From assembly GCA_964016885.1 (NCBI GenBank), contig OZ024746.1, positions 47,120,001-47,184,000 on the forward strand: a stretch of 64,000 nt of DNA, written 5' to 3'. Position 1 is the first letter of the stretch. Each line of letters begins with the position of its first letter. A program made the translations under genes and the position numbers. This DNA comes from Eledone cirrhosa (Eukaryota). The notes under the pieces are model-generated. The model ran no database searches and had not been told where the DNA came from. It saw only the letters and a list, made by a program, of their open reading frames with translations. Shown here piece by piece: positions 12,843-24,012 of this stretch.

Positions 12843-13686
12843 TTTAGTACAGCATTGACGAAGCTTTAGTATACGGCCAAGCTAGCGTATATGCATAATC
12901 GGTCTGGAGCTTTAGCACTCGGATGAGGTAAGACCCCAGAGTAATTACATTACGTTCAGACAGCTTAGCAAATCAGATATAGCAGTCGGCAGTCCAGCCG
13001 CATTACCAGAGCAACGAAAATACACGACCCAGGAAAAGATATTATACTGACCCGGACATAGCGGTGAGGCTGAGTGTAAAATATATAACTTACATCGTAT
13101 ATCCACAATATAGATCATAATATCACACCCAACATCAGCGCTAAGTTTCTGCAAATCCAAGATCGACAAATTCCTATTGCAGGAGTCTGCAATATAATGG
13201 TTTTTGACGACAGAACATAGGATTTACTTCTTCAGCAAGTCTTTCGTTCTTAGCCAAAGCGGGTATGTTGTAACTTTAAAAGTCGCCACAGACACGTGGT
13301 TTTCTCCAAGGGAGGTAACCCCGCTTAGGCGGTGTATTCTAATTTGAGGTAAAGGAATGAACCCCTTTATAGAAACCCAATAAAGCTCTCGACTAGAAGT
13401 TATCAAACAAACTTAAACAATTGATCAATCAATAGAATTATCTAATTAAATTAATCAGTTAATAGTTAATTCTAGGAGTAAAAATAAATTTTAGTACAGC
13501 ATTGACGAAGCTTTAGTATACGGCCAAGCTAGCGTATATGCATAATCGGTCTGTAGCTTTAGCACTCGGATGAGGTAAGACCCCAGAGTAATAACATTAC
13601 GTTCAGACAGCTTAGCAAATCAGATATAGCACTCGGCAGTCCAGCAACGAAAATACAGGACCCAGGAAAAGATTTTATACTGACCT

Positions 13687-13693
<7 letters not shown>
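12839..13693. mobile_element. Non-coding element in (TA)n with ~210-220-bp direct repeats (1.3-mer of a ~647-bp unit), PLE pseudo-LTR/retrozyme-like
   Basis: 12839-13060 is repeated at 13486-13693 (the second copy has a ~14-bp deletion). Long (TA)n on both sides; no meaningful ORF. Confidence 0.65.
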
Positions 13694-13749
<56 letters not shown>

Positions 13750-13783
13750 AAAAAATAGAGTTGTAACACACGAGTTGTGATAT

Positions 13784-13862
13784 ATTAGTAAAAGGAAAAG
13801 AAAATGCTGACAAATTTTTCCAAGTGAAAAATTTGTCAGCATTTTCTTTTCCTTTTACTAAT
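13784..13862. repeat. Perfect 37-bp fold-back (5-nt loop)
   Basis: attagtaaaaggaaaagaaaatgctgacaaatttttc-caagt-reverse complement. Confidence 0.9.
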
Positions 13863-14923
13863 CTATATATATAAAACTGTGGTTGTCTGTCTGTCTATCG
13901 ATTTTTGGCACACATCTCCTCTTAGAATCTCTCACGGAATTGCACCGAAATTGCTATACTTGTACATTGAGCCCTAGCGAAGACATCGGAAAAAAATATT
14001 TCAAATTGACCCGCCCTATCTGACGAAATCGAATATAATGTATCGATTTTTGAGCGTAAGTGATCAGTTATTTCCCTTTGTTCTGTTTACATTGAGCGTC
14101 TGCGTGCAAAAATTAAAAAAATTACGCTGGCTTTCTCAGCGTTTAAAATGACATTAACACACTGCAAAATTCATCAGTTCGAACACTAAGCTTCCGTTTT
14201 GCTTCATTTCCATTTAAAAGCCTTTTAAAACAATATTTTTACTTGAAAACAAGTCTATTTAAAGACTACGTAAAACAAGCAAATATTTCGTAAAAAAAAG
14301 CAAAAATTATATGTTTATTTAAAATATATGTATCTGTAAATTTCGTTAGGCGTGCAGACAGACTTTAAGCCAAAAAAGAAACTTAACATTGTAACTTTAA
14401 CACAGCTACTGAGCGACCCCGAGCAACGCCGGGCTGTATCTGTAAGTTTCGTTAGGCGTGCAGACAGATAGTCGTGCAGAGAGGTGATATACGCGTGCAG
14501 ACAGACAGTCGTGCAGAGAGATGATATACGCGTGCAGACAGACAGTCGTGCAGAGAGGTGATATAGGCGTGCAGACAGACAGTCGTGCAGAGAGGTGATA
14601 TAGGCGTGCAGACAGACATAACTGATAATTTGGTTACGCTAATGTTTTTCTCTGCGTTGCAGTGTTTACATTTTCGATCTTTGTTAATAAATAACCAGTG
14701 CAGTTTTTATCCCCAGCATCCTCTTTTGTTATAACATTCGGGTTATCGTTATGTTTTCTTAACTTCATAAGGCATATTGTTGGTTGAGGGAATATTAATC
14801 AAAAACACCACATGCAAGTCTGCACAGTAGACACTACAGTTTTTAAGCCAAAAAAGAAACTTAACATTGTAACTTTAACACAGCTACTGAGCGACCCCGA
14901 GCAACGCCGGGCTTTACTGCTAG
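13862..14923 (+). mobile_element. Non-autonomous Helitron
   Basis: Starts TC(TATATATATAAAA), ends with the subterminal hairpin CCCG-AGCAACGC-CGGG then CTAG. Inserted between A and T with no TSD. Contains an internal minisatellite. Confidence 0.85.
14456..14617. repeat. 37-bp minisatellite (~4.4 copies) inside the Helitron
   Basis: Unit gcgtgcagacagacagtcgtgcagagaggtgatata(c/g). Confidence 0.9.
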
Positions 14924-14939
14924 TATATATATATATATA

Positions 14940-15095
14940 AGTTATTCCAGGCTGAATCGGAGGTAACCACAGTAATTAAGGTACTCAATACAGAACAGAG
15001 TATAAAAGTTTTAATATAGAAGAGCTTCTACAGGACTAGAACTGTTTCATTCGTGAGAATGAAACAGTTCTAGTCCTGTAGAAGCTCTTCTATAT
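14940..15095 (-). mobile_element. PLE pseudo-LTR remnant with a 39-bp perfect fold-back carrying an HHR 3' half
   Basis: 15014-15052 is the reverse complement of 15057-15095 (loop gtga). Each arm has GAAAC-AGTTCTA-GTC. Flanked by (TA)n. Confidence 0.6.
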
Positions 15096-15172
15096 ATATA
15101 TCACCTCGATCACCTTAACCGACCAGTCTGTCGGGCGCCAATCGGTGCCGCTGGTCACAGCACGTCGTGTTG

Positions 15173-15228
<56 letters not shown>

Positions 15229-15352
15229 CATAAGCCGAAACCGCTTGGTGCCACGGTCGGGATTTTTCACATCTTTCTCTCTCTCTCACCCTCTCTCACT
15301 CTCTCTCTAACTCTCTCTCTCGCTCTCTCTCTCTCGCGCTCTCTCTCTTTCG

Positions 15353-15420
<68 letters not shown>

Positions 15421-15546
15421 TTCTGTATATATATAGATATATATATATATTGTGTGTGTGTAGTTATTTATTTTGCAAGATTCTCGATGTGAAATCGTGT
15501 AGTGAAAGAGAGGTTGTCAAAATGATCATCCCCAAATATATCAATA

Positions 15547-15621
<75 letters not shown>

Positions 15622-16969
15622 CATATATATTTATATAAAGAATTAGTATATCTACCAACATATGTATACAGATGCATACCTCCACTTCTCACTGATTAAC
15701 CTCAGTGTCACGTGATTGATTCTTTTGGATTTGCCACTGACCAAGTAGGCAGTGAATTTTTTCATTGTCTTGGAATTTAGTCCCCGCTCGCTTTTTTCCA
15801 TCCACTGAATTATTTTTATATAAGTTCCCAGTGTCCTCGCATTGCCTGGGAGCTTAGCTGAGAATAGACTCCCTAATGATGTAAGGTTTGTCTGTGGGTA
15901 CGTTCCGTAACCATATTTATTCCCTTACTAAAACTAATTAGTTGGAGTGAAATTTTAGTAAGTAAGTCGATTTTCATAATTTTCTTGTTTACGTCTTTCA
16001 TATATATTTATATATATATATGTGTGTATGTGTGTGTGTGTGTATATATATATACAACAGACATACCGCCCTTCGGTAGATTGTAGTGCTCTGCATCTTT
16101 GTTAAACTCCTTCGCTTTACCCAACACTTTTTTCTTCAGAATGAATCCATATCTCTCTAGAACAGAGTCTCTGTGAAATCTATTGATTGTTCACCATATA
16201 TTTCTATAAATTGATTATTGATTTCTATCAAATTTGTTATAAATTCTTTTTATTTGAACTACTCGCTTCTGATACCGTAGTTTTTCATTGACAGCTTTTG
16301 ACACTTTTTGGGGGTATGATTAATTGGTATTCAAGTGTTCTTTTTTTTATTTTACTGTCTCCAAAAGTTGTTTCTGGTTTATTTTGTAATTTATGTTGAT
16401 GAGGAACTTTTCTTTTTTGTATGTGATAGGTATCACGACATGACCGATAGTCTTCCATAGATCAACGTTAGTTTTTTATTTTTAGTTGTTTTTTTTTCAT
16501 CTTATGAAATACATGATGGCACTTTTGGTATTGTTTTGTCTCTAAGTTGTTTTACAGTTGTTTCTAAGATATATTAAACAAGGGAAAGCTTACCAAAATT
16601 TAACGACATTAATCTGTTGTAAATTGTCACCGTTTATTTCGTCAATTGCTAATAGCATTACCATACTGACTCTTTTATTGGTTACGGTCAAGGGTTGTCT
16701 CGCATTTAGCAGATATTCTAAACAAAAATTAATATTTAAAGATAAATTTCAATTATTTGTACTCTTTCGTCTCCGAGCTCATACTACATTTATTATCGTC
16801 ACTATGGCTACAGTCATCGACACTTTGATTTTGATGGTCACCTTGAATACTTGTTGACATAGTAAAAGCAGAATTAGTGTCTGTTGTGAAATGGTGTGTT
16901 AAATTTATTCCCGATAGATCTGTTCGAGAAGATTGCTTGTGTACACTTATTATTTATGGAGTGTTCAAA

Positions 16970-17081
16970 TGAGTTCAAATCCCGTCGAGATTAACTTTGC
17001 CTTTCATCCTTACGGGGTCGATAAAATAAAGTACCAGTAATGCACTGGTTAATTGCTGGCCTTGTGCCAAAAGTAGAAACA
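16970..17081 (+). mobile_element. 5'-truncated SINE with 19-bp TSD
   Basis: Runs from the B box to TAGAAACA. TSD attatttatggagtgttca at 16949-16967 and 17082-17100. Confidence 0.85.
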
Positions 17082-19744
17082 ATTATTTATGGAGTGTTCA
17101 TACTTTTAGAAATACAATTGCATACATCATTGTTTGGAATAAGATAATTGTCAATAACGCTTCTCCTGCGCTTAGCAAACGTTCCTTGCAGCTATCGTTG
17201 TTTGGTTGTGAACTAATTCAACTCTAGGTGATGTTCATCTTAACATGATTTCCTTCTATTCATACAGCCATCAGAGGCGTCTATGTTTGAGATTTTATAG
17301 AAATTAAATAGATCATTATTGAATTCATATCTTAAAAGAATGTGCTTTATAATTTCGGTTCTTTCGATTACTACAACTAAGTAGATTCGGTTTACCTTTC
17401 TCTATGTTGTCTTTCTTTAATTCTTCACTGGCGTTGTTGGAATTTATCATGCTCAGTCATTTTTTCTGTAGCAAATAGCTGTTTAGCTATTCCAAGTTTG
17501 AGGAGGATATCACAATGATCTGAGATAAAAGGTGTATTCAACGATTGTCATTAGAAAAGTATCCACTTATTTAACAGGGCTGGCATTCGTGGCATTAATT
17601 TGGAGATATTATCCATTTTAAATCATCTTCCACTCTAACTGTGTGACTATTATGTATGTATATATGTATGTATGTATGCAGATACGTATATGACCATATC
17701 TGAATATACATATTTATATATTTGAATGGGTTGACACAATAGGATTTATATATTCATGTTCATCTATTCATGTTCATCTATTAAACCATCAACAATAACC
17801 AATTATTGCATATTACATCATTTGGTTTCTACAAACGTTGCAATATTCTAAATCTGTGATGCATATTAATGCTTCATTTGACCCTCTACAGCCATCAATG
17901 ATGTTGAATGAACCTACGTTATGCATCACAATTATCTAAACTTTCTAGGGTACTGCCAAATGATATATTTCACTGAGATTATGGAATAACAAATTTCGGC
18001 TTTGATGTGGCATTTCTACTTGCATGTGAGATGTTTGTGGTATTGATCAACATTTGGGTTATCAACTTGATGATTACGAACTTGATGACTAAGAACACTT
18101 GGTTACGTGCCAAAATTTTAAAATTAGCTGTTGTGTCATCTCTGAATTCATTGAGGAATCATTTGAAACAATAAATCATTGGGATTTGCTTCAACTCAGG
18201 GGAAGTAATTCTAGTATTTGTTAATAATAATAAAATGATTCGAAAATCGCACATACAATGTTATCAATTTCTGTCGGATTATTTTAAATCTTTGTCCTGT
18301 ATCATAATGATAATATGTACGTGACATACATTTGTTTTCAAATCTGATTATGTTCTAGAATCTATGGATTGTAACAAGTAGGATATTTGCACTACGTCAC
18401 CAAGTAAGGAAATTAATTTGAGGATGAATCGTTGAACTCTCAAAACAGGATGATGTAACCATTGCATAATTTTATTTTTCGGTCATGGTGTATTGCTTGT
18501 CATTATGGTAAACAGATTGTCACTATATCTATTGCTTGTGGTAAATGTTTTTTCATGTTGTGAGATGATCTTTGAAATGAAGGTGATAATGTCACCAAGC
18601 GTCTGACTTGTACGTATTGTTTTTATTTGTAGCATTTGCATGTTCTGTAACGCTCAGTCGCCCCTCGTGATACGATATATTTTAAGTTAAGAGCTTCCAC
18701 GTGATAAAGGTTGACGACTGTTCCCTTTTGAAATAACTTGCCACAATGCATTATGATATTTCATTTGGCTTCGCAGCAACAGGTAAATTATAATGTCAGT
18801 TTCGTTTAACATATGAGTCAAATGTGATATATGTCACTGGGTCAAGATGTGAACTTATATTAGAATTAATAGGTTGTTAATCTGGTTTTCTATGATGAAC
18901 ATAGAACACTTTATCAAACAGTAGCACTCGATTTGCATTCCTGAACACTGTTGTCACTTCGTCCACTGTTCGTAAATTATAGCAAATTTGATCAATAGAA
19001 CGATCTCTTTAAACTGATTGTGCTCAATCTCGTCTTCGTTCATTTCTCAGAGCATTTTCATTGCCATTCCTTAAAAAAGATTTTCTTTAATAATTCTAAC
19101 TAATGAGACCATACTTTCAGAAATACACCCTGCATTAGCTTGATAATTAATTTAGCCTCATCAGCTATTGTTAAATCTAAAACATACACTTGAGCAAACA
19201 GTCTTTCATCTCATTCCAGTAAATGCATATTAGAATTGGAACAAAGTAATTACAGATTCCCGATAAAACAAAAGCGGGGTCGATCTTGTGGTCCAGTTAC
19301 TGAAAGTCGTAAAAATATATAACAATAGTCTCTTTGATTGTTCAACTGCATCATATTTCTATACATCTAATATGTTTTTATATTTTGATGTTCCATATTT
19401 TTGTAGGAGGGCATTAACGTGAGTTAAAGACACTAATTTTCATTCTAAATACGATGCTGTGAAAGAATAAAATTTGTCGAGTCCTTGTTATTATTTGATG
19501 TTATTAAAAGAAATTTTCTCTTGCGCACATTTCAATTCTCGCATTTATGCAGCCGCACCACATCCCCCATCTCTCCTTCTCTGTCACTCATTTCCCCTCT
19601 CCCTCAATTTTCCTCTCTCTCTCTTTCTTTCTGTCTCTCCCTCCCTCTCTCTCTCTCTCTATCTACACGCTATTTGTCACTTTTCTCTGTTAAATTGTTA
19701 AAATTCTTAGATTTGTCTGTTAGTAGATTTTTTCTCAACACACT

Positions 19745-19887
19745 GACATACGTACATATATATGTGTGTGTGCATGTATGTATATACATACTAGTGTACG
19801 TCTGTATACATATATCTATGTACGTATACATACTTATATTTAAGTATCAGCCGTACTAAGAGTGAGAAATGAAATTTCATTTTTTCC

Positions 19888-19890
<3 letters not shown>
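19745..19890 (+). repeat. Solo 3'-end copy of the 420-nt HHR unit family
   Basis: Matches …gtacgtctgtatacatat…cagccgtactaagagtg(g/a)gaaatgaaatttc… of 22740-22886, followed by (TA)n. Confidence 0.8.
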
Positions 19891-19918
<28 letters not shown>

Positions 19919-20143
19919 TCGTTTCTGAATTTGTTTAGCAAGTTAGCAAGATTCTTTATCTGAAATCGTGTGTTGAAACCGATATTGTTATACTTTGGGA
20001 GGGTCATGTTGCCAATAAGAAACACACGCACCAGTTGCTTTCACTTCAATTTATTATAATAAATTTATAAATTTAGGAATTCATAAACTTATAAATTTCT
20101 GGTTGGTTGGTTGGTTCCACAACCAGATAGTTGTTTATATATT

Positions 20144-20187
20144 GTCAAAGTTCTTTCGTCACACATTCTGTGACCTCATCAGTGACT
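20144..20187 (-). ncRNA. Type I hammerhead ribozyme
   Basis: gtca-CTGATGA-g-gtcaca(gaatg)tgtgac-GAAA-gaac-TT-tgac. Confidence 0.75.
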
Positions 20188-20481
20188 GGGGATTCTTTTC
20201 TTTGTTTTTGTGCCTCTCCTTTGTTCTGTCCTACGCCATTTTGTTTCTGTGTGTGTGTTGTGTGCTCAGTCTGCGCATGCGGCACATTCGGGTGTCTGTG
20301 TGTGTTTATATTTGTTTATTTATTTGTAAACAAATAAATAAACAAATAAATAAACAAATATAAAAACACACAGACACCCGGATGTGGCGCATGCCCAGAC
20401 TGAGCACACAACACACACACAGAAACAAAATGGCGTAGGACAGAACAAAGGAGAGGCACAAAAACAAACAAAAGAATCCCC

Positions 20482-20525
20482 AGTCACTGATGATGTCACA
20501 GAATGTGTGACGAAAGAACTTTGAC
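20482..20525 (+). ncRNA. Type I hammerhead ribozyme
   Basis: gtca-CTGATGA-t-gtcaca(gaatg)tgtgac-GAAA-gaac-TT-tgac. Confidence 0.75.
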
Positions 20526-20679
20526 AATATATAAACAACTATCTGGTTGTGGAACCAACCAACCAACCAGAAATTTATAAGTTTATGAATTCCTAAATTT
20601 ATAAATTTATTATAATAAATTGAAGTGAAAGCAACTGGTGCGTGTGTTTCTTATTGGCAACATGTCCCTCCCAAAGTAT

Positions 20680-20750
<71 letters not shown>

Positions 20751-20877
20751 GTAAGAGATGAGTTTTATTGTAGAACAATAAAGCAATGCAAATATCGGAT
20801 AAGTAGCACTCAACAGTTTATTGGACTGGAGGATATATAATAAGAAATTAAAAGATGGCTAAAAAATGTCCATGTAT

Positions 20878-20942
20878 TTTATTATGCGCATTTCAAAAAC
20901 AAATATCATCCTGGGACGATATTTGCGTTCTCATCAGATACA
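20878..20942 (-). ncRNA. Type I hammerhead ribozyme
   Basis: tgtat-CTGATGA-gaacg-caaatatcgtcc(ca)ggatgatatttg-ttttt-GAAA-tgcgca-TA-ataa. Confidence 0.7.
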
Positions 20943-20964
20943 ATAGGGAAGCATGATATGATGC

Positions 20965-21032
20965 TGTTATCTGATGAGAATGCAAATATCGTCCCAGGAT
21001 GATATTTGTTTTTTTGAAATGCGCATAATACA
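20965..21032 (+). ncRNA. Type I hammerhead ribozyme
   Basis: tgttat-CTGATGA, long stem II caaatatcgtcc/ggatgatatttg, then GAAA-TGCGCA(palindromic)-TA-ataca. Confidence 0.75.
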
Positions 21033-21082
21033 ATACATGGAACTTTTTTAACCATCACTTAATTTCTTCTTATATATATATA

Positions 21083-21170
<88 letters not shown>

Positions 21171-21174
<4 letters not shown>

Positions 21175-21692
21175 AAAAAAGAAAACACAGGTAAGCATTA
21201 AAAAAAGAATTTTATCCAGGTATTTACGACCGTTTCATTGGTAAGTGCCACCTTATATTGCTATACTGCAAATAGCAGCCACTCAATAATAATTGTTGTT
21301 CACGTCCAAATTTTCAAAATAGTCAATAAGTTACTCTTAACAAGTTCTTGATATATAGAAAAACATTTTTTGGAATTGTATTTGCTAGTATAGAGAGAGA
21401 GGAAAAGGAATTAGAAAGTGGAGGGACAAAGGGATAGAGAGAGAGGAAAGGGGAGAACATTTAGGAAGTAGGGTGACAAACTGAGGTTGCACTTACCAAT
21501 GAAACGGTCGTAAATACCTGGATAAAATCTTTTTTTAATGCTTACCGGTGTTTTCTCTTTTATCCTATAAACTCCAAGATTGAACGTGATTCTTAGAAAC
21601 TTATGGAGCTACCCCTAACCGTACGTTGAATCCGTCCATGAAACTGGGTGTCTTAACCACGAACTGGATTACAATAAGCAATTTTCTGCTTC
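21171..21692. mobile_element. PLE pseudo-LTR remnant with ~83-bp inverted arms
   Basis: 21171-21253 is the reverse complement of ~21484-21567. The arms carry the HHR 3' half GAAAC-G-GTC. Bounded by (TA)n. Confidence 0.6.
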
Positions 21693-21792
21693 CCTATATA
21701 TATATATATGCATATTAACGGCTGAGAATATATGTATATATGTATATATATGCATATTAACGGCTGAGAATATATATATGTATATATATATG

Positions 21793-21902
<110 letters not shown>

Positions 21903-22102
21903 TATGTACACGTACATACATATATGTATACAGACGTACAGTAGTATGTATATATATATATATACATGCACGCATATATATATGTAAGTGTGGATTCATC
22001 GAACATTTATTATAATGCTCAGTGTGTTTGTAAACAAACATCCCGTATTAAGTCGTAGTGTCCAGCAACTATCGTTGCTCGTTTGTTCAACACTGACAAA
22101 GG

Positions 22103-22146
22103 AACGCTGTACTAGTTTCAAGCTTATTAGCTATCGTCAGCACCGT
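22103..22146 (-). ncRNA. Minimal type I hammerhead ribozyme
   Basis: acggtg-CTGACGA-t-agct(aata)agct-t-GAAAC-TA-GTA-cagcgt. Confidence 0.75.
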
Positions 22147-22578
22147 ATACCTTCCTGCCAGATTGTTGAACGTATATACTTACCTTATGCATATAAAGCG
22201 TTCCTTTGTCAGTGTTGAACAAACGAGCAACGTTGGTTGCTGGACACTACGGCTTAATACGGGATGTTTGTTTACAAACACACCGAGCATTATAATAAAT
22301 GTTCGGTGAATCCACACGTACATATATGTATGCGTGCATGTATGTATATATATATACATACTACTGTACGTCTGCATACATATATGGATGTACGTGTACA
22401 TACTTCTATTTAAGTAACAGCCGTACTAAGAGTGGGAAATGAAATTTCGTTTCATTTTTTCCGTTTATCGTTTTCGGTGCACCCGGCCGATTAACCCAAT
22501 CGATATGCAAATTGGGCTACTCAGCCGTTAATATGCATAAGATAAGTATATACGTTCAACAATCTGGTAGGAAGGTAT

Positions 22579-22621
22579 ACGTTGCTGACGATAGCTAATA
22601 AGCTTGAAACTAGTACAGCGT
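22579..22621 (+). ncRNA. Minimal type I hammerhead ribozyme (predicted cleavage after GUA at 22615)
   Basis: acgttg-CTGACGA-t-agct(aata)agct-t-GAAAC-TA-GTA-cagcgt. Stem I acgttg/cagcgt pairs fully (with G-U pairs); stem III is the palindrome ACTAGT. Confidence 0.85.
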
Positions 22622-22897
22622 TCCTTTGTCAGTGTTGAACAAACGAGCAACGATGGTTTCTGGACACTACGGCTTAATACGGGATGTTTGTTTACAAACA
22701 CACCGTGCATTATAATAAATGTTCGGTGAATCCACACGTACATATATATATGCGTGCATGTATGTATATATATATACATACTATTGTACGTCTGTATACA
22801 TATATGTATGTACGTGTACATACTTATATTTAAGTAACAGCCGTACTAAGAGTGGGAAATGAAATTTCGTTTCATTTTTTCCGTTTATATATATATG

Positions 22898-23040
<143 letters not shown>

Positions 23041-23540
23041 GGAAAAAATTAAACGAAATTTCATTTCCCACTCTTAGTACGGCTGTTACTTAAATATAAG
23101 TATGTACACGTACATACATATATGTATACAGACGTACAGTAGAATTAGCTATCGTCAGCAACGAATACCTTCCTGCCAGATTGTTGAACGTATATACTTA
23201 CCTTATGCATATTAACGGCTGAGTAGCCCAATTTGCATATCGAGTGGGTTAATCGGCCGGGTGCACCGAAAACGATAAACGGAAAAAATGAAACGAAATT
23301 TCATTTCCCACACTTAGTACGGCTGTTACTTAAATATAAGTATGTACACGTACATACATATATGTATACAGACGTACAGTAGTATGTATATATATATACA
23401 TACATGCACACATATATATATGTACGTATGGATTCACCGAACATTTATTATAATGCTCAGTGATTTTGTAAACAAACATCCCGTATTAAGCCGTAGTGTC
23501 CAGCAACCATCGTTGCTCGTTTGTTCAACAATGACAAAGG

Positions 23541-23584
23541 AACGCTGTACTAGTTTCAAGCTTATTAGCTATCGTCAGCAACGT
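23541..23584 (-). ncRNA. Minimal type I hammerhead ribozyme
   Basis: Reverse complement of the motif at 22579-22621. Confidence 0.85.
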
Positions 23585-24012
23585 ATACCTTCCTGCCAGA
23601 TTGTTGAACATATATACTTACCTTATGCATATTAACGGCTGAGTAGCCCAATTTACATATCGAGTGGGTTAATCGGCCGGGTGCACCGAAAACGACTAAC
23701 GGAAAAAATGAAACGAAATTTCATTTCCCACTCTTAGTACGGCTGTTACTTAAATATAAGTATGCTAGACACTACGGCTTAATACGGGATGTTTGTTTAC
23801 AAACACACCGAGCATTATAATAAATGTTCGGTGAATCCACACATACATATATCTTTTAAGGACAGAAAGTGTATACTAGTACCCTCGGACAAGACTAGGA
23901 ATATGTACAACCTGAGCTATGAGGAATACCACGGCTTCATATACAACGAGCTACATAAAAACTATAAAAAACCACGGTAGCCAACCTAGATGAGATTAAC
24001 AGGGAGGCTAAA

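Larger units (their letters stand above)
19982..20685. mobile_element. Head-to-head inverted pair of PLE-2 pseudo-LTRs (~700-bp palindrome)
   Basis: The arms 19982-20328 and 20329-20685 are near-perfect reverse complements and match the 3' UTR at ~33380-33722. The right end runs into (TA)n. Confidence 0.9.
20833..21078. mobile_element. Inverted pseudo-LTR pair of a further PLE family in (TA)n
   Basis: 20833-20942 is approximately the reverse complement of 20965-21078; each arm has an HHR. Confidence 0.8.

Noticed and set aside
14456-14617. 37-bp repeats as a CRISPR array
   Set aside because: The units are contiguous with no unique spacers, there are no cas genes, and the context is a eukaryotic Helitron.
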